From the NCBI GenBank assembly GCA_963849325.1, contig CAWKHF010000010.1, forward strand, positions 288,001 to 352,000: a stretch of 64,000 bases of DNA, read 5' to 3'. Position numbers and translations under genes: made by a program. Shown piece by piece: positions 29,097 through 39,956 of the stretch (position 1 is the first letter of the stretch; each line of letters opens with the position of its first letter). The notes under the pieces were generated by a model. That model did not search any database, was not told where the DNA came from, and worked only from the letters and a program-made list of their open reading frames with translations. The DNA is from an uncultured Planctomycetota bacterium. Lineage in GTDB: Bacteria; Planctomycetota; Planctomycetia; Gemmatales; Gemmataceae.

Positions 29097-32034
29097 ATGA
29101 CGGTATCGGGCTGGAAGCAGTTGCTGGAGGATGTGCCGTGGTTCCGTGGTCCGGAGAGCTATCCGATCGCGGCGTATTCCGAGTTCATGCCGCCGCCGCG
29201 CGAGATCGCCAAACCGTACCAGGGTTATCTCGTCAACGAACTGGACGAGAACGACCCGTGGGGCTGGCCGGTCAGCGAATGGGAGGAAGCCCGTCAACTG
29301 CGGCCGGGCCTGGAGCACGTGGCCGACCTGGTGGTCCGCGCCCTGGTCGATTTGGCCCACGGCATCCCGGTACACGGACTATCCAAGGTCAAGCTGGCCG
29401 GCAATCCCGCCTGGCCCTCCGCGCTGGTCCAAAAAGGCCTCCTCGCCCACGAACGTTATGTGACGCTGCTGCCCCTGGCCCTGTCGAAGACGCTGGACGA
29501 CAAGGGCCGTATACGCTGGACGCTGTTCGGTTCCAGTGAGCAGGGCCCGGCCCGCGCCTTCTGGCGCGGCTTCTTCACCACGCCGCGCCGGCAGGCGCCG
29601 GCGGAGTTGGGTGAGAGTTTCATCCGCCGCCTGCTGCATACGGTGTACGGCATTCCGCTGGAGGAGCTGAGCGACTTGCGCCAGGCGGGTTTCCGCATCC
29701 TGCCGCTGGAAAAATATCTGGCCTGGCCTCACTGGCGCGAGGAGCCGCTGCCGGCCTGGACGAAGCCGTATCTGTGGGCGAAGAACCGGTCGTCGCGAGG
29801 CGTCCGCTTTCTGCTGACCTTCCGTCCGTTCGCCACGCTGCCCGACAACATCCAGCAAGCCTACCTGAGTGAACAGCTGCACCTGCTGCCGTGCCCGGCG
29901 AGCCTGTTGTTCTGGGGTGTGCCGGGCAACCTGCGTTTACAGCACGAATTGCCTTTCGCGGCGCACGTCCCCTTGCTGCACGTCCACAAGCGCCGCGAGG
30001 AGGTCATCGGCCTGCGCATCCCGCAAGCTGGCTGGCTGCACGAACCGCACCCCGACCATCCCGCCCCCGATGACCCGCAACTGGCCGTGCGCAACACCTA
30101 CCTGCGCACCCATCGCTGGGCCAAGCTGCACCGGCACGAGGACGAACTATCCGCGTTGACGAAAAAAGAAAGACAGGCCAGAGAGGACAAATTGGTCCAT
30201 GTGCTGTTCAGCACCGCCGAGGACGATCTCGGCCTGTATGGCAAACCGATGGCTCGCAACGTGCAGCTGTGGACGAAGGATTATCACCTGCTTCTCGATG
30301 GGCCTCGTGCCAGCCGCGAGGAGATCTTGCGGGCGGCGCAGCGCGTCGCGCGAGGGCGGCCTGTTCGGCTATCGCTTCCAGTTCCCGCCGATGCACGTGG
30401 GCCGGCATGAGGTTTACTGGCATCGGCCGCTGGTGGCGTACCTAGATCCCGTCCGCAACGAGCCGGCCGTTCTGCCCGATGCGCCGCTTGGCTACCTGAC
30501 GGCCTACTCCGTGGAGAAACCCGACCTGGCCAGGCCGGTGGAGCTGTGGCCGCGTCTGCTCCACCGCGAGCCGTACCGGGAAGCGTTGGAGCTATTCCAG
30601 CTCCGGCACGATCGCAGCTATCACAAGACGGCCCTCAACGTCCGATTGCTGCTCGATACCTGGCACCTGCGCGGTGAATCGCCCTTGCCACGATCTCTGG
30701 CCCGGCAAATTCTGCTGCCCGAGGGAGAGCACACGCTGGAGGCATGGCTGGCGTCGCTGCCGGATCGTTCGACCGATCCGCTGCGCGGACAGCGACTCAT
30801 GGAGACGATGGAGGACCATCTGGGACCGCTGACCGGGCCTGGCGCCGAGACCCCCGTGGGCCAGACGTTCGCGTTCACAACGCGCCGGTCCTTCGAGGTG
30901 AATTACTGGAAGAAGATCGCTCACCTGTCCGAGGGACGGTTTGTCAACAAGTGCAATGCCGATTACGTCCGCGACAAACCGACCGAAAAGCAGCTGGCCC
31001 ACCTGTCCCGCGACTTGGAACCGCTGGGTGACTACCTGCTGAAGTATTACCGCCGCATGGTGGCCAAGGCCGGTCTGAACGGCAAGGCGCTGGTCGGAGA
31101 GATACCGTTCCAATGGCGAACCGATTTCGAGTTCCAATGGATGGACGGCTGGTTGAAGAACCAGGAGCACGTGTTGCACGAGCGCGACCTGATCGTCGTC
31201 ATTCCGGGCCGCGATCGCGGCCGTGCCGTCATCATGGCCGACCACTACGATACGGCGTACATGCTGGATCGTTATGATCCGGATTACGGAGGCACGGGCG
31301 CCCGTCTCGCCGCCGCGGGGGCAGACGACAACCACTCGGCGACCGTCGCCCTCATGCAGGCGGCGCCGATCTTTTTGGACATGAGCCGTAAGAAGCAGCT
31401 CGGCTGCGATGTTTGGCTGGTGCATCTGACCGGCGAGGAGTTCCCCGCCGACTGCCTGGGGGCGCGGCATCTGACGCAGTTGCTCGTCGAGGGCCGCTTG
31501 AAAGTGCGTCTGGAGAAAGACCGCTGGCGCGACCTGTCGAAAGTCCGCGTCCAGGGCGTGTACGTGCTCGACATGGTGGCGCACAACAACGACAACGAGC
31601 CGGACGTCTTCCAGATTTCGCCGGGTACAGGCCGGCGTTCGCTGTGGTTGGCCGAGCAGGCGCACCTGGCCAACGAGGCGTGGAACGCCGCCTGCGAGCG
31701 GTTGAACCAGCGAGCCGGGCGACGCGGCATCGGGCGCGGCAAGCGCAGCCGGGACGGCAGCCAGGTGCCCGCGACGGCGGCCCATCTGCCACTCAGCGGC
31801 GAGGTACGCCTTCCGCAGAACCCGCGCAGCACGCTGTACAACACGGACGGACAGATCTTCTCCGACGCTGGCGTGCCGGTTGTGCTGTTCATGGAAAACT
31901 ACGACATCAATCGCACCGGCTACCACGACACGCACGACACGATGGCGAACATCGATCTGGATTATGGTTCGGCAGTCACGGCCATCGCCATCGAATCGGT
32001 GGCGCGAGCGGCGACGGAGAAGCCGCCGGCATGA
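29097..32034 (+). CDS. Large protein with C-terminal M28 metallopeptidase domain and long uncharacterised N-terminus; frameshift near 30350
   Basis: ORFs 29097-30410 and 30199-32034 join at ..AAQRV/REGGLFGY; M28 motifs ADHYDT, GADDNHSA, TGEEFP, LDMV, YHDTHD. Confidence 0.78.
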
Positions 32035-32112
32035 CAGAAAGAACGATAGAATCCATCGTTGTTGGTTCGCCCTTGTGATATATTCTCCGGAAGGCTCGGG
32101 GAGGACAATCAA

Positions 32113-32415
32113 ATGACCGAACAGAACGTGTCTGTATCCGAAACCACGCTCGCCCGACTTGAGGAGATGGCGAGCTGGGTGGGCGTGTCTATCGCGGAAA
32201 TCCTGGAGCGTACCGTCAAGGAGCAATACGATCGGCGGTTCTGGGACGCGGTCAACGCCGGTTACGCCGCCATGCGTGCCGACCCGTCGGTCTGGGCAGA
32301 CATCGAATCCGAACGTCGATTGTGGGAGAACACTCTCCTGGACGGTCTCGATCCTTCCGAGGATTGGATGGAAAGGGGAGACACGCCGCCCGCTGAACCG
32401 GAGCAGGCATCATGA
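32113..32415 (+). CDS. Putative antitoxin (ribbon-helix-helix, MazE-type partner)
   Basis: NVSVSETTLARLEEMA RHH-like start; VNAGYAAMR...WENTLLDGL; overlaps the toxin start (ATGA). Confidence 0.75.
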   Translation: MTEQNVSVSETTLARLEEMASWVGVSIAEILERTVKEQYDRRFWDAVNAGYAAMRADPSVWADIESERRLWENTLLDGLDPSEDWMERGDTPPAEPEQAS

Positions 32416-32762
32416 GCAGTCCATCCTCGCCCCAGCGCGGTGAAGTTTGGCTGGCCGATCTCGATCTGACTTTCGGGCACGAACAAGGCGGATCCCGGTC
32501 GGTGTTTATCGTCTCCGTCAATTCTTTCAACGCAGGATTGTCCGGCCTGGTGGTTATCTTGCCTCTTACGTCGCGCATTCGGACATTGCCACTTCATGTT
32601 CCTGTCAGCCCACCGGAGGGCGGTCTGCGAAAGCCCAGCGTGATCCTTTGCGATGCGATCCGCTCTATCGACCGCCGCCGGCTCATCGATCGGTGGGGTA
32701 GTGTCAACGCCGCCACGCTCTCCAGGGTAGAGGATCGGCTGCGCCGACTTCTGAATCTGTAG
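32412..32762 (+). CDS. PemK/MazF family toxin
   Basis: RGEVWLADL..GHEQGGSRSVFIVS, PLTS, EGGL..PSVILCDAIRSID. Confidence 0.9.
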   Translation: MSSPSSPQRGEVWLADLDLTFGHEQGGSRSVFIVSVNSFNAGLSGLVVILPLTSRIRTLPLHVPVSPPEGGLRKPSVILCDAIRSIDRRRLIDRWGSVNAATLSRVEDRLRRLLNL

Positions 32763-32841
32763 CCCGCACGATAGATCAACAATTCCTGCGCCTTACGAAC
32801 CTGGAGCATCAACCGAATCATTACTGCGGAGACAACGCCCC

Positions 32842-33969
32842 CTATTTCTTATCCCGCTGTCCGTGCTGGAGAACATACTTGAAGAAGAGATAAATCTGCT
32901 CGTTCGACTCCGCGGTGGGCGGATGTCCCTTGCGATTGGTCATGGCGACGCGGTCCTTGTGGCCCAGCAGAGCGTTGACGGCGATGGCGTGGTTGAGAGC
33001 CTTCCAGCGCTCTGGCTGATCTTCCGCACCGCCGGAGACGAGGAACGGCCGCGGGGCCATCAGGGCGTGCAGCTCGTGCAGGTCGTGCCCTGTCTCGATC
33101 AAACGCTTGTAGGCGCCGGTGCGCGGGTTCTTGTCGTTGGGGATGCCCGGCTTGCGTTCGCGGCCCGGCTCGTAGCCCAGATACCAAGGCTCCCAGTAAT
33201 TCACGTTGCTTCGCTTCTCGTCGAAGACAATACCGGGGTCCGACCAGACACCGCAGGCGAAACCGTCGTCGAGGCAGGAGGCGAACATCGCCCACTTGCC
33301 GCCGTAGGAGTGGCCGACAACGCCGATCCGCTTGGGATCGACGCGCGGCAGGTTCGCCAGGGCGTTGCGACAGTTGGCGGCAGCGTAGGCGTGGAAGGAG
33401 AGTGGTTGCAACCGAGCCTTTTCCTTGTTCGGATAAAAGGTCGCCGGCGCGCTGCCCAGCGACAGAGTCACGAAGCCGCGCTTGGCGAGCTGGTAGGCAA
33501 AGTCGCGGCCCGGCGCCTTGCCCTGGCCGATGCCCGTTTTGGCGTCGTAGAAGACCACCAGCACCGCGGGGGCTGGACCCTCACCGTCCGGCACGAGCAA
33601 GTAAGCATCCTCGGTCGTGAGGCCGGGGGCGATTTCGATGCGGATGTGATGCTGGGTTAGATCCTCGCGCCGCTCCTTGGCAAGATAGTCGATTTTCGGC
33701 TTCTCGATGAGCGCCGGCCACGGTCCCATGATGTCGTGCCAGGTTTTTCGTATCTCCCGCCGTCGCTTCGCCCAGTCGTCGGCGTTCTTGACAGCCCGAC
33801 CGTCCTCGAACTTCAGCGGCGACTTGTAGGGGCCGAAATCCCCGGCGAACTCAGCCGGCGGATGGAAAAACGGCGCCAGGCGCGAACCAGGCTCCTCGGC
33901 CGCGCCAGCGCGCCCGCACAAACCGGCCAGCACTCCGGTCAGAATCACAAACGAACGTCGAGGGGTCAT
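32842..33969 (-). CDS. Secreted alpha/beta hydrolase (dienelactone hydrolase/esterase-like)
   Basis: Signal peptide; AYLLVP, VDPKRIGVVGHSYGGKWA, LMAPRPFLVSGG, GH. Confidence 0.8.
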   Translation of the reverse strand: MTPRRSFVILTGVLAGLCGRAGAAEEPGSRLAPFFHPPAEFAGDFGPYKSPLKFEDGRAVKNADDWAKRRREIRKTWHDIMGPWPALIEKPKIDYLAKERREDLTQHHIRIEIAPGLTTEDAYLLVPDGEGPAPAVLVVFYDAKTGIGQGKAPGRDFAYQLAKRGFVTLSLGSAPATFYPNKEKARLQPLSFHAYAAANCRNALANLPRVDPKRIGVVGHSYGGKWAMFASCLDDGFACGVWSDPGIVFDEKRSNVNYWEPWYLGYEPGRERKPGIPNDKNPRTGAYKRLIETGHDLHELHALMAPRPFLVSGGAEDQPERWKALNHAIAVNALLGHKDRVAMTNRKGHPPTAESNEQIYLFFKYVLQHGQRDKK

Positions 33970-34001
33970 GGCACATTCTCCACGGCGAACCAGACCCCAT
34001 T

Positions 34002-35342
34002 CTATTTGGCGGCGGGCGTGTTGGCCGAGATTGGTTCCGTCGAGGGCTGGAGTATTTCCGGCCCTCTCTGTCGGAACCAGGCGCGGAGGTGCGGTCCCAG
34101 GTCCGCGCTTCCACCCGGCCGAAGCGACGAGGGAGCGGCGCCCGGCCGAGAATCCTCGGTGGCAAAGGTGACGCCCTCTCGCGGCGCCTGCCGTTCGCGC
34201 GGATCGATCCCCGGCGGCAGCGCTTGCCAGGAATCGCCGGTTCGACCGAAACGACGTCCCTCCTCGAACAGCTGACGCATCAACTTCGGGTCGAACGCCA
34301 TGGAATGCGTGTCTGCCACGAAGTCGCGCGGGACGCCGGTCACGCCGAATTTCATGCCGGCGTAGAGAGTCAGCAAGTAAATCCGCAGCAAATCGCCTTC
34401 CATCTGCGACTGGAACATGCCGCGGAGAGAGTTCTCGGAAACCTGGAACAAACGGCGCCGCACCGGGATGAGGTCCGGGTACAACTTCCCGGCGACGATC
34501 ACGGAAACCGTCCCCGCCGAGCCATCCGGCGCGGGCGAAGCGTCTGGCCCCACGCCGAGCATGTGCGGATGAAGGAACAACGAAGCGCTCACGCCGCCAT
34601 CGACGTGCAACTCGGTGTAGCGCCGGCCGTCGATCTCGACGTCGATCGGCACGGGCGGCAGAAATCCCGGTATCGAGCAGGAAGCCAGCAGGACCTTCCG
34701 AATGAGGCCGATTTTGCCCGGATCGTTGCCGGCGGCGATGGCCCCCACATCCCAGACCACCGACTGCGTGGTATCCAGGTTGGTGGTGCCGACGTACAGC
34801 CTCCGGCCCGCGCGATGGGCCTGGGCCACCTTCGCCACCACGTCCGCAGTGATCTCGGTTTCGATGCGGCGCCGCAGCGGTCCCGAGTCGGCCAGCGAGT
34901 CCGCCCAGGGCAGGGCCGTCAGCGGCCGACGGCGGTAGATGTCGCTGGCCTGGACGGTGGTGTAACTGCGTTCGAGAGCGGCGTCGTACTCTTGCCCCAG
35001 GAAGGCGAACAGACCGATGAGTCCTCCCGCGCTGACGCCGGTCACCACGTCGAACTGGGGCCGTGCGCCGGACTCAGTCCAGCCTTTGAGGACGCCGGCG
35101 GGGTAGGCCCCATTCATCGCACCCCCGGACAGGACCAGGACGTGAGAAGGTTTGCACGACACGGCTCGAACGGCTGGCTCGATTCGCGCTGCCACGTTCG
35201 ACTGGCGGGGCCCCGCCGTTCCCACATCGATCAGGCGGACGGAGCGAGGGACGTTCGGCGCGGGGAAGTCGCGCACGGGGGTGCAACCACTCGTCAGCAC
35301 AACGGCCAAGCCGAGCCAGGGTCCGAGACGACGTATCCGCAT
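34002..35342 (-). CDS. Patatin-like phospholipase, probable lipoprotein
   Basis: Lipobox LTSGC; LSGGAMNGAYPAG, GVSAG, VDGG. Confidence 0.85.
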   Translation of the reverse strand: MRIRRLGPWLGLAVVLTSGCTPVRDFPAPNVPRSVRLIDVGTAGPRQSNVAARIEPAVRAVSCKPSHVLVLSGGAMNGAYPAGVLKGWTESGARPQFDVVTGVSAGGLIGLFAFLGQEYDAALERSYTTVQASDIYRRRPLTALPWADSLADSGPLRRRIETEITADVVAKVAQAHRAGRRLYVGTTNLDTTQSVVWDVGAIAAGNDPGKIGLIRKVLLASCSIPGFLPPVPIDVEIDGRRYTELHVDGGVSASLFLHPHMLGVGPDASPAPDGSAGTVSVIVAGKLYPDLIPVRRRLFQVSENSLRGMFQSQMEGDLLRIYLLTLYAGMKFGVTGVPRDFVADTHSMAFDPKLMRQLFEEGRRFGRTGDSWQALPPGIDPRERQAPREGVTFATEDSRPGAAPSSLRPGGSADLGPHLRAWFRQRGPEILQPSTEPISANTPAAK

Positions 35343-35601
35343 GACTGTGCCTTGTACCCCCACGCCCTCGGTGCCGGCGGGGCAAGCGCCGGGGGACGGT
35401 TCCGCCTATAAGATCCCGCCCGCGAATGCTCAAGAGCAGTTTGCGGCCGATGGGTCGAGCGACGGTCGGGAAGCATACCTGAGCGCTCGCCGACCCCTTG
35501 TCAACTACCCCTCAAACTCCGAAGAAAAGCAATACCTTTCGTTCCGTGACCTCGCGGCACGGGGCGAACGGTCGCACGGCGAACCGGGGATGTTGCTCAT
35601 C

Positions 35602-36600
35602 ATGGCGATTTCTTGCTTGATTACCGGAGCGACGGGCTTCGTGGGCGGCCATCTGGTCGAAGCGTGTGCCGGCCGCGGCTGGGACGTCCGCGCCCTGGTG
35701 CGCTCCGGCAGCGATACGACCCTGCTGGAGCGCCACCACGTCACCCTCGTCCGCGGCGACCTGACTGACGCCGCCGCCGTGCGCGACGGCGCTGCAAGGC
35801 GTCGAGGTCGTGCTGCACTGCGCCGCCAAGGTCGGCGATTGGGGGCCGGTCGAGGAATACCGCGCCGTCAACGTCGAGGCGTTGCGCGGCCTGCTCGACG
35901 CTTGCCGTAACCAGCCCCTGAAGCGCTTCGTCCACTTCAGCAGCCTCGGCGTCTACGCGGCCCGCCATCATCACGGCACCGACGAGACCGAACCGCTGCC
36001 GGCGCATCACATCGACGGCTACACGCAGACCAAGGTCGAGTCCGAACAGCTCGTGCTGAGTTACCACCGCGAGCACAGCTGCCGGTGGTGGTGCTGCGTC
36101 CCGGTTTCATCTACGGCCCGCGCGACCGCACACTCATGCCGAAACTGCTCGATAACCTGCGTCAGCGCAAGGTGCGCTAGATCGACAGCGGCAAGTGGGC
36201 CATGAACTGCATCTACGTCGGCAACCTCGTCGAGGCGGCCCTGCTCGCCGTTGAGAAGCCGGAAGCGGTCGGACAGATTTATAATCTGACCGATGGCGAG
36301 TTGGTGTCGAAGCGGCGTTTCATCGAGAGCATCGTCGACGGCATCGGCCTGCCCCAGCCCAAGCCGGTGTCGGTGCCGTTGTGGGCGGCCCGCGTCATGG
36401 CCTGGTGGATGGAGGCGCGGCGCGCGCAAGAAGAACAGCCCCAAGCCGCCGCGCGCTGACGCAGGGCCGGCTCAAGTTACTCGGCCTGAATCTCGATTTC
36501 AGCATCGACAAGGCCAAGCGCGAGTTGGGCTATCGGCCGCGCTGGAGCTTTCGACGAGGGCATGCGCGAAACCGTGGCCTGGTACAGGCAAAACGCTTAG
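35602..36600 (+). pseudogene. NAD-dependent epimerase/3-beta-HSD family SDR, broken by several frameshifts and an in-frame TAG (36178)
   Basis: ITGATGFVGG, HCAAKVGDWG, SSLGVY, YTQTK, RPGFIYGPRD, YVGNL, YNLTDG, SIDKAKRELGY in changing frames; may be intact in vivo if these are read errors. Confidence 0.7.
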
Positions 36601-36642
36601 AATGTCCTCGAACCGCCTTCAACCTTTTCCGAGGAGACCACG

Positions 36643-37191
36643 ATGGAGCTGCAAGGCAAGCGCGCCGCGGTACTGGTCGAGCAGCAGTATCAGGAGATGG
36701 AGGTCTGGTATCCGATCTATCGGCTGCGCGAGGCCGGCTGCAAGGTGACGCTGGTCGGCCCCGAAGCCGGCCAGAGCTATCCGAGCAAACTCGGCTATCC
36801 GGCCAAGAGCGACAAGTCGGCCCGCGACGTGTCGGCCAACGACTTCGACTTGCTCGTCATTCCCGGCGGCTTCGCCCCGGATTACCTGCGCCGCAGTGAG
36901 GCCGTGCTGCGCCTGGTCAGCGACATGGCCGAGCAGGGCAAGGTCGTGGCCGCGATTTGTCACGGCCCGTGGGTGCTGTGCTCGACGCAGGCGCTCAAGG
37001 GCAAACGGGCCACCTGCTTCTTCGCCATCAAGGACGACGTAACCAACGCCGGCGCTCGCTACGTCGATGCGGAAGTGGTGCGCGACGGCAACCTGATCAC
37101 CAGTCGCAAGCCCGACGATTTGCCGGCGTTCCTGCGGACCATCATCCAGGCCGTGCGCGAGGCGAAGCCGGCGCCGGTCGGGGCGCGCTGA
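36643..37191 (+). CDS. PfpI/DJ-1 family (type 1 glutamine amidotransferase-like) protein
   Basis: YQEMEVWYP, IPGGFAPD, AICHGPW, DGNLITSRKPDDL. Confidence 0.92.
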   Translation: MELQGKRAAVLVEQQYQEMEVWYPIYRLREAGCKVTLVGPEAGQSYPSKLGYPAKSDKSARDVSANDFDLLVIPGGFAPDYLRRSEAVLRLVSDMAEQGKVVAAICHGPWVLCSTQALKGKRATCFFAIKDDVTNAGARYVDAEVVRDGNLITSRKPDDLPAFLRTIIQAVREAKPAPVGAR

Positions 37192-37216
37192 AGCGCCGAC
37201 CGGGGAGGACTGGACC

Positions 37217-37510
37217 TTGGAGCGAACCACTGTCAAGGTCTATGGCCTGTTCCCACGGACGCGGCGCCGCTACGTCATCGAGGCGATGGCCGGGGCCGCC
37301 TTCGGTCTGGCTCTTTTCGTCGCCTGGTGGTTCGGGTGGCCGTATCTGCGGCAGCGGTTGACCAGCCTGGAATTGCCGCCGTTTGTGCGGTTGACCGTCG
37401 CCGTTCTCGATGTGCGCCCTGGATCTTGCTCGCAGCGGCACTGGGCAAAGGCATGGAAGTCCTGTTGGTCCTGCGTTCGTTCGCCCGTAAGGAAGTCTCC
37501 AAGCCTTTAA
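37217..37510 (+). CDS. Small hypothetical membrane protein (probable frameshift near 37415)
   Basis: GGAGGA RBS, TTG start, KVYGLFPRTRRRY then hydrophobic segments. Confidence 0.45.
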   Translation: MERTTVKVYGLFPRTRRRYVIEAMAGAAFGLALFVAWWFGWPYLRQRLTSLELPPFVRLTVAVLDVRPGSCSQRHWAKAWKSCWSCVRSPVRKSPSL

Positions 37511-37548
37511 GGAATCCGCCACACCAACCTATATCCGGGAAGTCTTCC

Positions 37549-38715
37549 ATGCCTTCACACTTTTACGCCCCGACCAAAGAAGACAAGTTCGCCTTCGGCG
37601 TCTGGTGCCTGCAAAACCGCGGCCGCGATCCGTTCGGCGACCAGACGCGCCCGGAACTGCCGGCCCTGGAGTGCATCAAGGGTCTGGCCCAACGCAACTG
37701 CTATGGCTTCGAGTTCCACGACAACGACATCCTCCCCTTCGGCGCCAGCGCCGCGCAGCGTGATCAGATTATCCGCGACGTGAAAAAGGCCATCGGCGAT
37801 TGGGGTATCCGGGCCACCATGGCCACCACCAACACCTTCTATCACCCCGCCTTCAAGGATGGCGCTTTCACCAGCACCGACCCAGCCGTGCGCCTGTACA
37901 CAACGCAGAAGGTGATACGGGCCATCGACGTGGCCGCCGAGTTGGGCGCGCAGGTGTTCGTCTTCTGGGGCGGCCGCGAAGGCGTCGAGGTGGACGCCAG
38001 CAAGGACCCGGTCGAGGCGACCCGGTGGTTCCGCGAGTCCATCAATTTCCTGTGCAACTACGTCCTCAGCCAGGGTTACGACATCAAGTTCTCCATCGAG
38101 CCGAAGCCGAACGAGCCGCGTGGCGACCTGTATTTGCCGACCGTCGGCAGCGTCCTCGCTTTCATCGCCACCCTCGATCATCCCGAAATGGTCGGCATCA
38201 ATCCGGAGACGGCCCACATCAAGATGGCCGGCCTGAACCCCTATCACGAATTCGCCCAGGCGCTCGATTCCGGCAAGCTGCTCGACGTCCATCTCAACGG
38301 ACAGAAGCCGCTCCGCTTCGATCAGGATCTCAGCTTCGGCAGCGATGATCTCAAGGAGGCGTTCTTCACGACGAAGCTGCTGATCGATCACAAGTATCCG
38401 GGCACGATCGGCTTCGACGCCCATCCCTACCGCAGCGAGGCCGACCCGTGGGACTTTGTCGATCGCAACCTGCGCATTTACAAGATCATGCAAGAGAAGG
38501 TGCGGCAGTTCAACGACAACCGCGAGATTCAAGATCTGCTCAAGGAGATCCACGGGGCCAACACGAATCTGCGCGGCCTGACGGCGAAATACAGCAAGGA
38601 GGCGGCGCAAAAGCTGAAAGACATGTCATTCGACCCGGTGCAGCTGGCGGCGCGCAAGCTGCCGTATGAACGGCTCGACCAACTTCTCACCGAGTTGTTG
38701 CTGGGTGTGTTGTGA
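37549..38715 (+). CDS. xylA: Xylose isomerase
   Basis: GRDPFG, FHDND, WGGREG, IEPKPNEPRG, NPETAH, HLNGQ..FDQDL. Confidence 0.9.
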   Translation: MPSHFYAPTKEDKFAFGVWCLQNRGRDPFGDQTRPELPALECIKGLAQRNCYGFEFHDNDILPFGASAAQRDQIIRDVKKAIGDWGIRATMATTNTFYHPAFKDGAFTSTDPAVRLYTTQKVIRAIDVAAELGAQVFVFWGGREGVEVDASKDPVEATRWFRESINFLCNYVLSQGYDIKFSIEPKPNEPRGDLYLPTVGSVLAFIATLDHPEMVGINPETAHIKMAGLNPYHEFAQALDSGKLLDVHLNGQKPLRFDQDLSFGSDDLKEAFFTTKLLIDHKYPGTIGFDAHPYRSEADPWDFVDRNLRIYKIMQEKVRQFNDNREIQDLLKEIHGANTNLRGLTAKYSKEAAQKLKDMSFDPVQLAARKLPYERLDQLLTELLLGVL

Positions 38716-38736
38716 TACCTTGCGGAGGACAAACTC

Positions 38737-39114
38737 ATGGGCAAGCAACATGCGCCGCGCTTCCTGCAAATTGTGCAGGAGGCCAAGAAACACATTCGTG
38801 AAACCAACGTGGACGAAGTGAAGGCGCGGCTGGACCGCGGCGAGAAGCTGTGTATCGTCGATGTCCGCGAAGAGAGTGAATTCGCCAAGGACCATCTGCC
38901 CGGCGCGATCCATCTCGGCAAGGGGGTCATCGAACGCGACATCGAACAGAAGTTGCCGGATACGGGAGCCGAACTCATCCTGTATTGCGGCGGCGGTTTC
39001 CGCTCGGCCTTGGCGGCGGAGAATTTGCAGCGGATGGGATATACCAACGTCCTGTCGATGGACGGCGGCGTGCGCGACTGGCGCGGCAAGGGGTATCCGT
39101 TGACGTCGGGATAG
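38737..39114 (+). CDS. Rhodanese-like sulfurtransferase
   Basis: VDVREESEF..HLPGA, LYCGGGFRS, SMDGG..W. Confidence 0.92.
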   Translation: MGKQHAPRFLQIVQEAKKHIRETNVDEVKARLDRGEKLCIVDVREESEFAKDHLPGAIHLGKGVIERDIEQKLPDTGAELILYCGGGFRSALAAENLQRMGYTNVLSMDGGVRDWRGKGYPLTSG

Positions 39115-39129
39115 TTCGCGTGTCCGTTA

Positions 39130-39385
39130 TCAGGGAGTGTACCGGACGGCCGAGACTTCGACGTATTTTGCACTGGGTCGATGGAATAGGAAACCGCAGA
39201 GGCGGTTCAACCAGTTGATACAACTCTTCATGCACCTCTCGTCCGTATCCAAAGGGATCGCGGGCCAGGAGTGCATCGATCTGATTTTGTGCGGCGTTGA
39301 CCGCTGCCCGGTCGCTTGCCTGCGTCCAGACATCCGCCAGCATGTCCAGGGCTTCGGGCAACCATTCGACATGGAACGGCGTCAT
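39130..39385 (-). CDS. RelE/ParE-like toxin, module B (frameshift near 39195)
   Basis: FHVEWLPEALDMLADVW...AQNQIDALLARDP..G...VEVSAVRYTP; paralog of 39702-39956. Confidence 0.6.
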
Positions 39386-39681
39386 ATCGCCTCTCCCGCC
39401 TTAACTCGACGGAGGATTTCTGCCATTTTCTCGGGCGTCATTCCTTCCGCCCGGTCGATTTCCTCGAACCGGCGGAGCATCGCCTGGACCCGCTCCGAAG
39501 GAATGCCTGGCTCTTTCGGAAGACCGCGCCGCCGCAGATGGCGAGCGACTATTTCCGCCTCCATCGGCTCAAACCATTTCAAAAAGGACACCAGTTGTCC
39601 CTTGAAATCGTAGACTTCGACGTTGTTTTTCGACTCGGCCAGAATGCGCGATTGTTCCTCGGTCAACGTGATGCGCTGCAT
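39382..39681 (-). CDS. Putative antitoxin, module B
   Basis: MQRITLTEEQSRIL...EPGIPSERVQAMLR; stop overlaps the toxin ATG; paralog of the 40247 gene. Confidence 0.6.
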   Translation of the reverse strand: MQRITLTEEQSRILAESKNNVEVYDFKGQLVSFLKWFEPMEAEIVARHLRRRGLPKEPGIPSERVQAMLRRFEEIDRAEGMTPEKMAEILRRVKAGEAI

Positions 39682-39701
39682 GATGAGCCACCTTTCCGTT
39701 G

Positions 39702-39956
39702 TCAGGGAGTGTACCAAACGGCCGAGACTTTGACGATTTTTTTCGCCTGGTCGATGGAGTAGAAGGCCGTGAGAGGCGCGACCATGATTTGATATAGTCC
39801 CTCTTGCAAAAGACGACCGTAGCCAGTGGGATTGCGCTCCAGCAGGTCATCGATCTGGTTCTGTGCAATGGTCGTCATTGGATCGGAGGTGCGTAACCAG
39901 ATTACGGTCAAATCGCTTTCCGCCTCCGGTTCCCAATCGACCGTGTACGTTTTCAT
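39702..39956 (-). CDS. RelE/ParE-like toxin, module A
   Basis: GGAGG RBS then MKTYTVDWEPEAESDLTVIW...AQNQIDDLLERNP..G...PLTAFYSID..KIVKVSAVWYTP. Confidence 0.62.
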   Translation of the reverse strand: MKTYTVDWEPEAESDLTVIWLRTSDPMTTIAQNQIDDLLERNPTGYGRLLQEGLYQIMVAPLTAFYSIDQAKKIVKVSAVWYTP

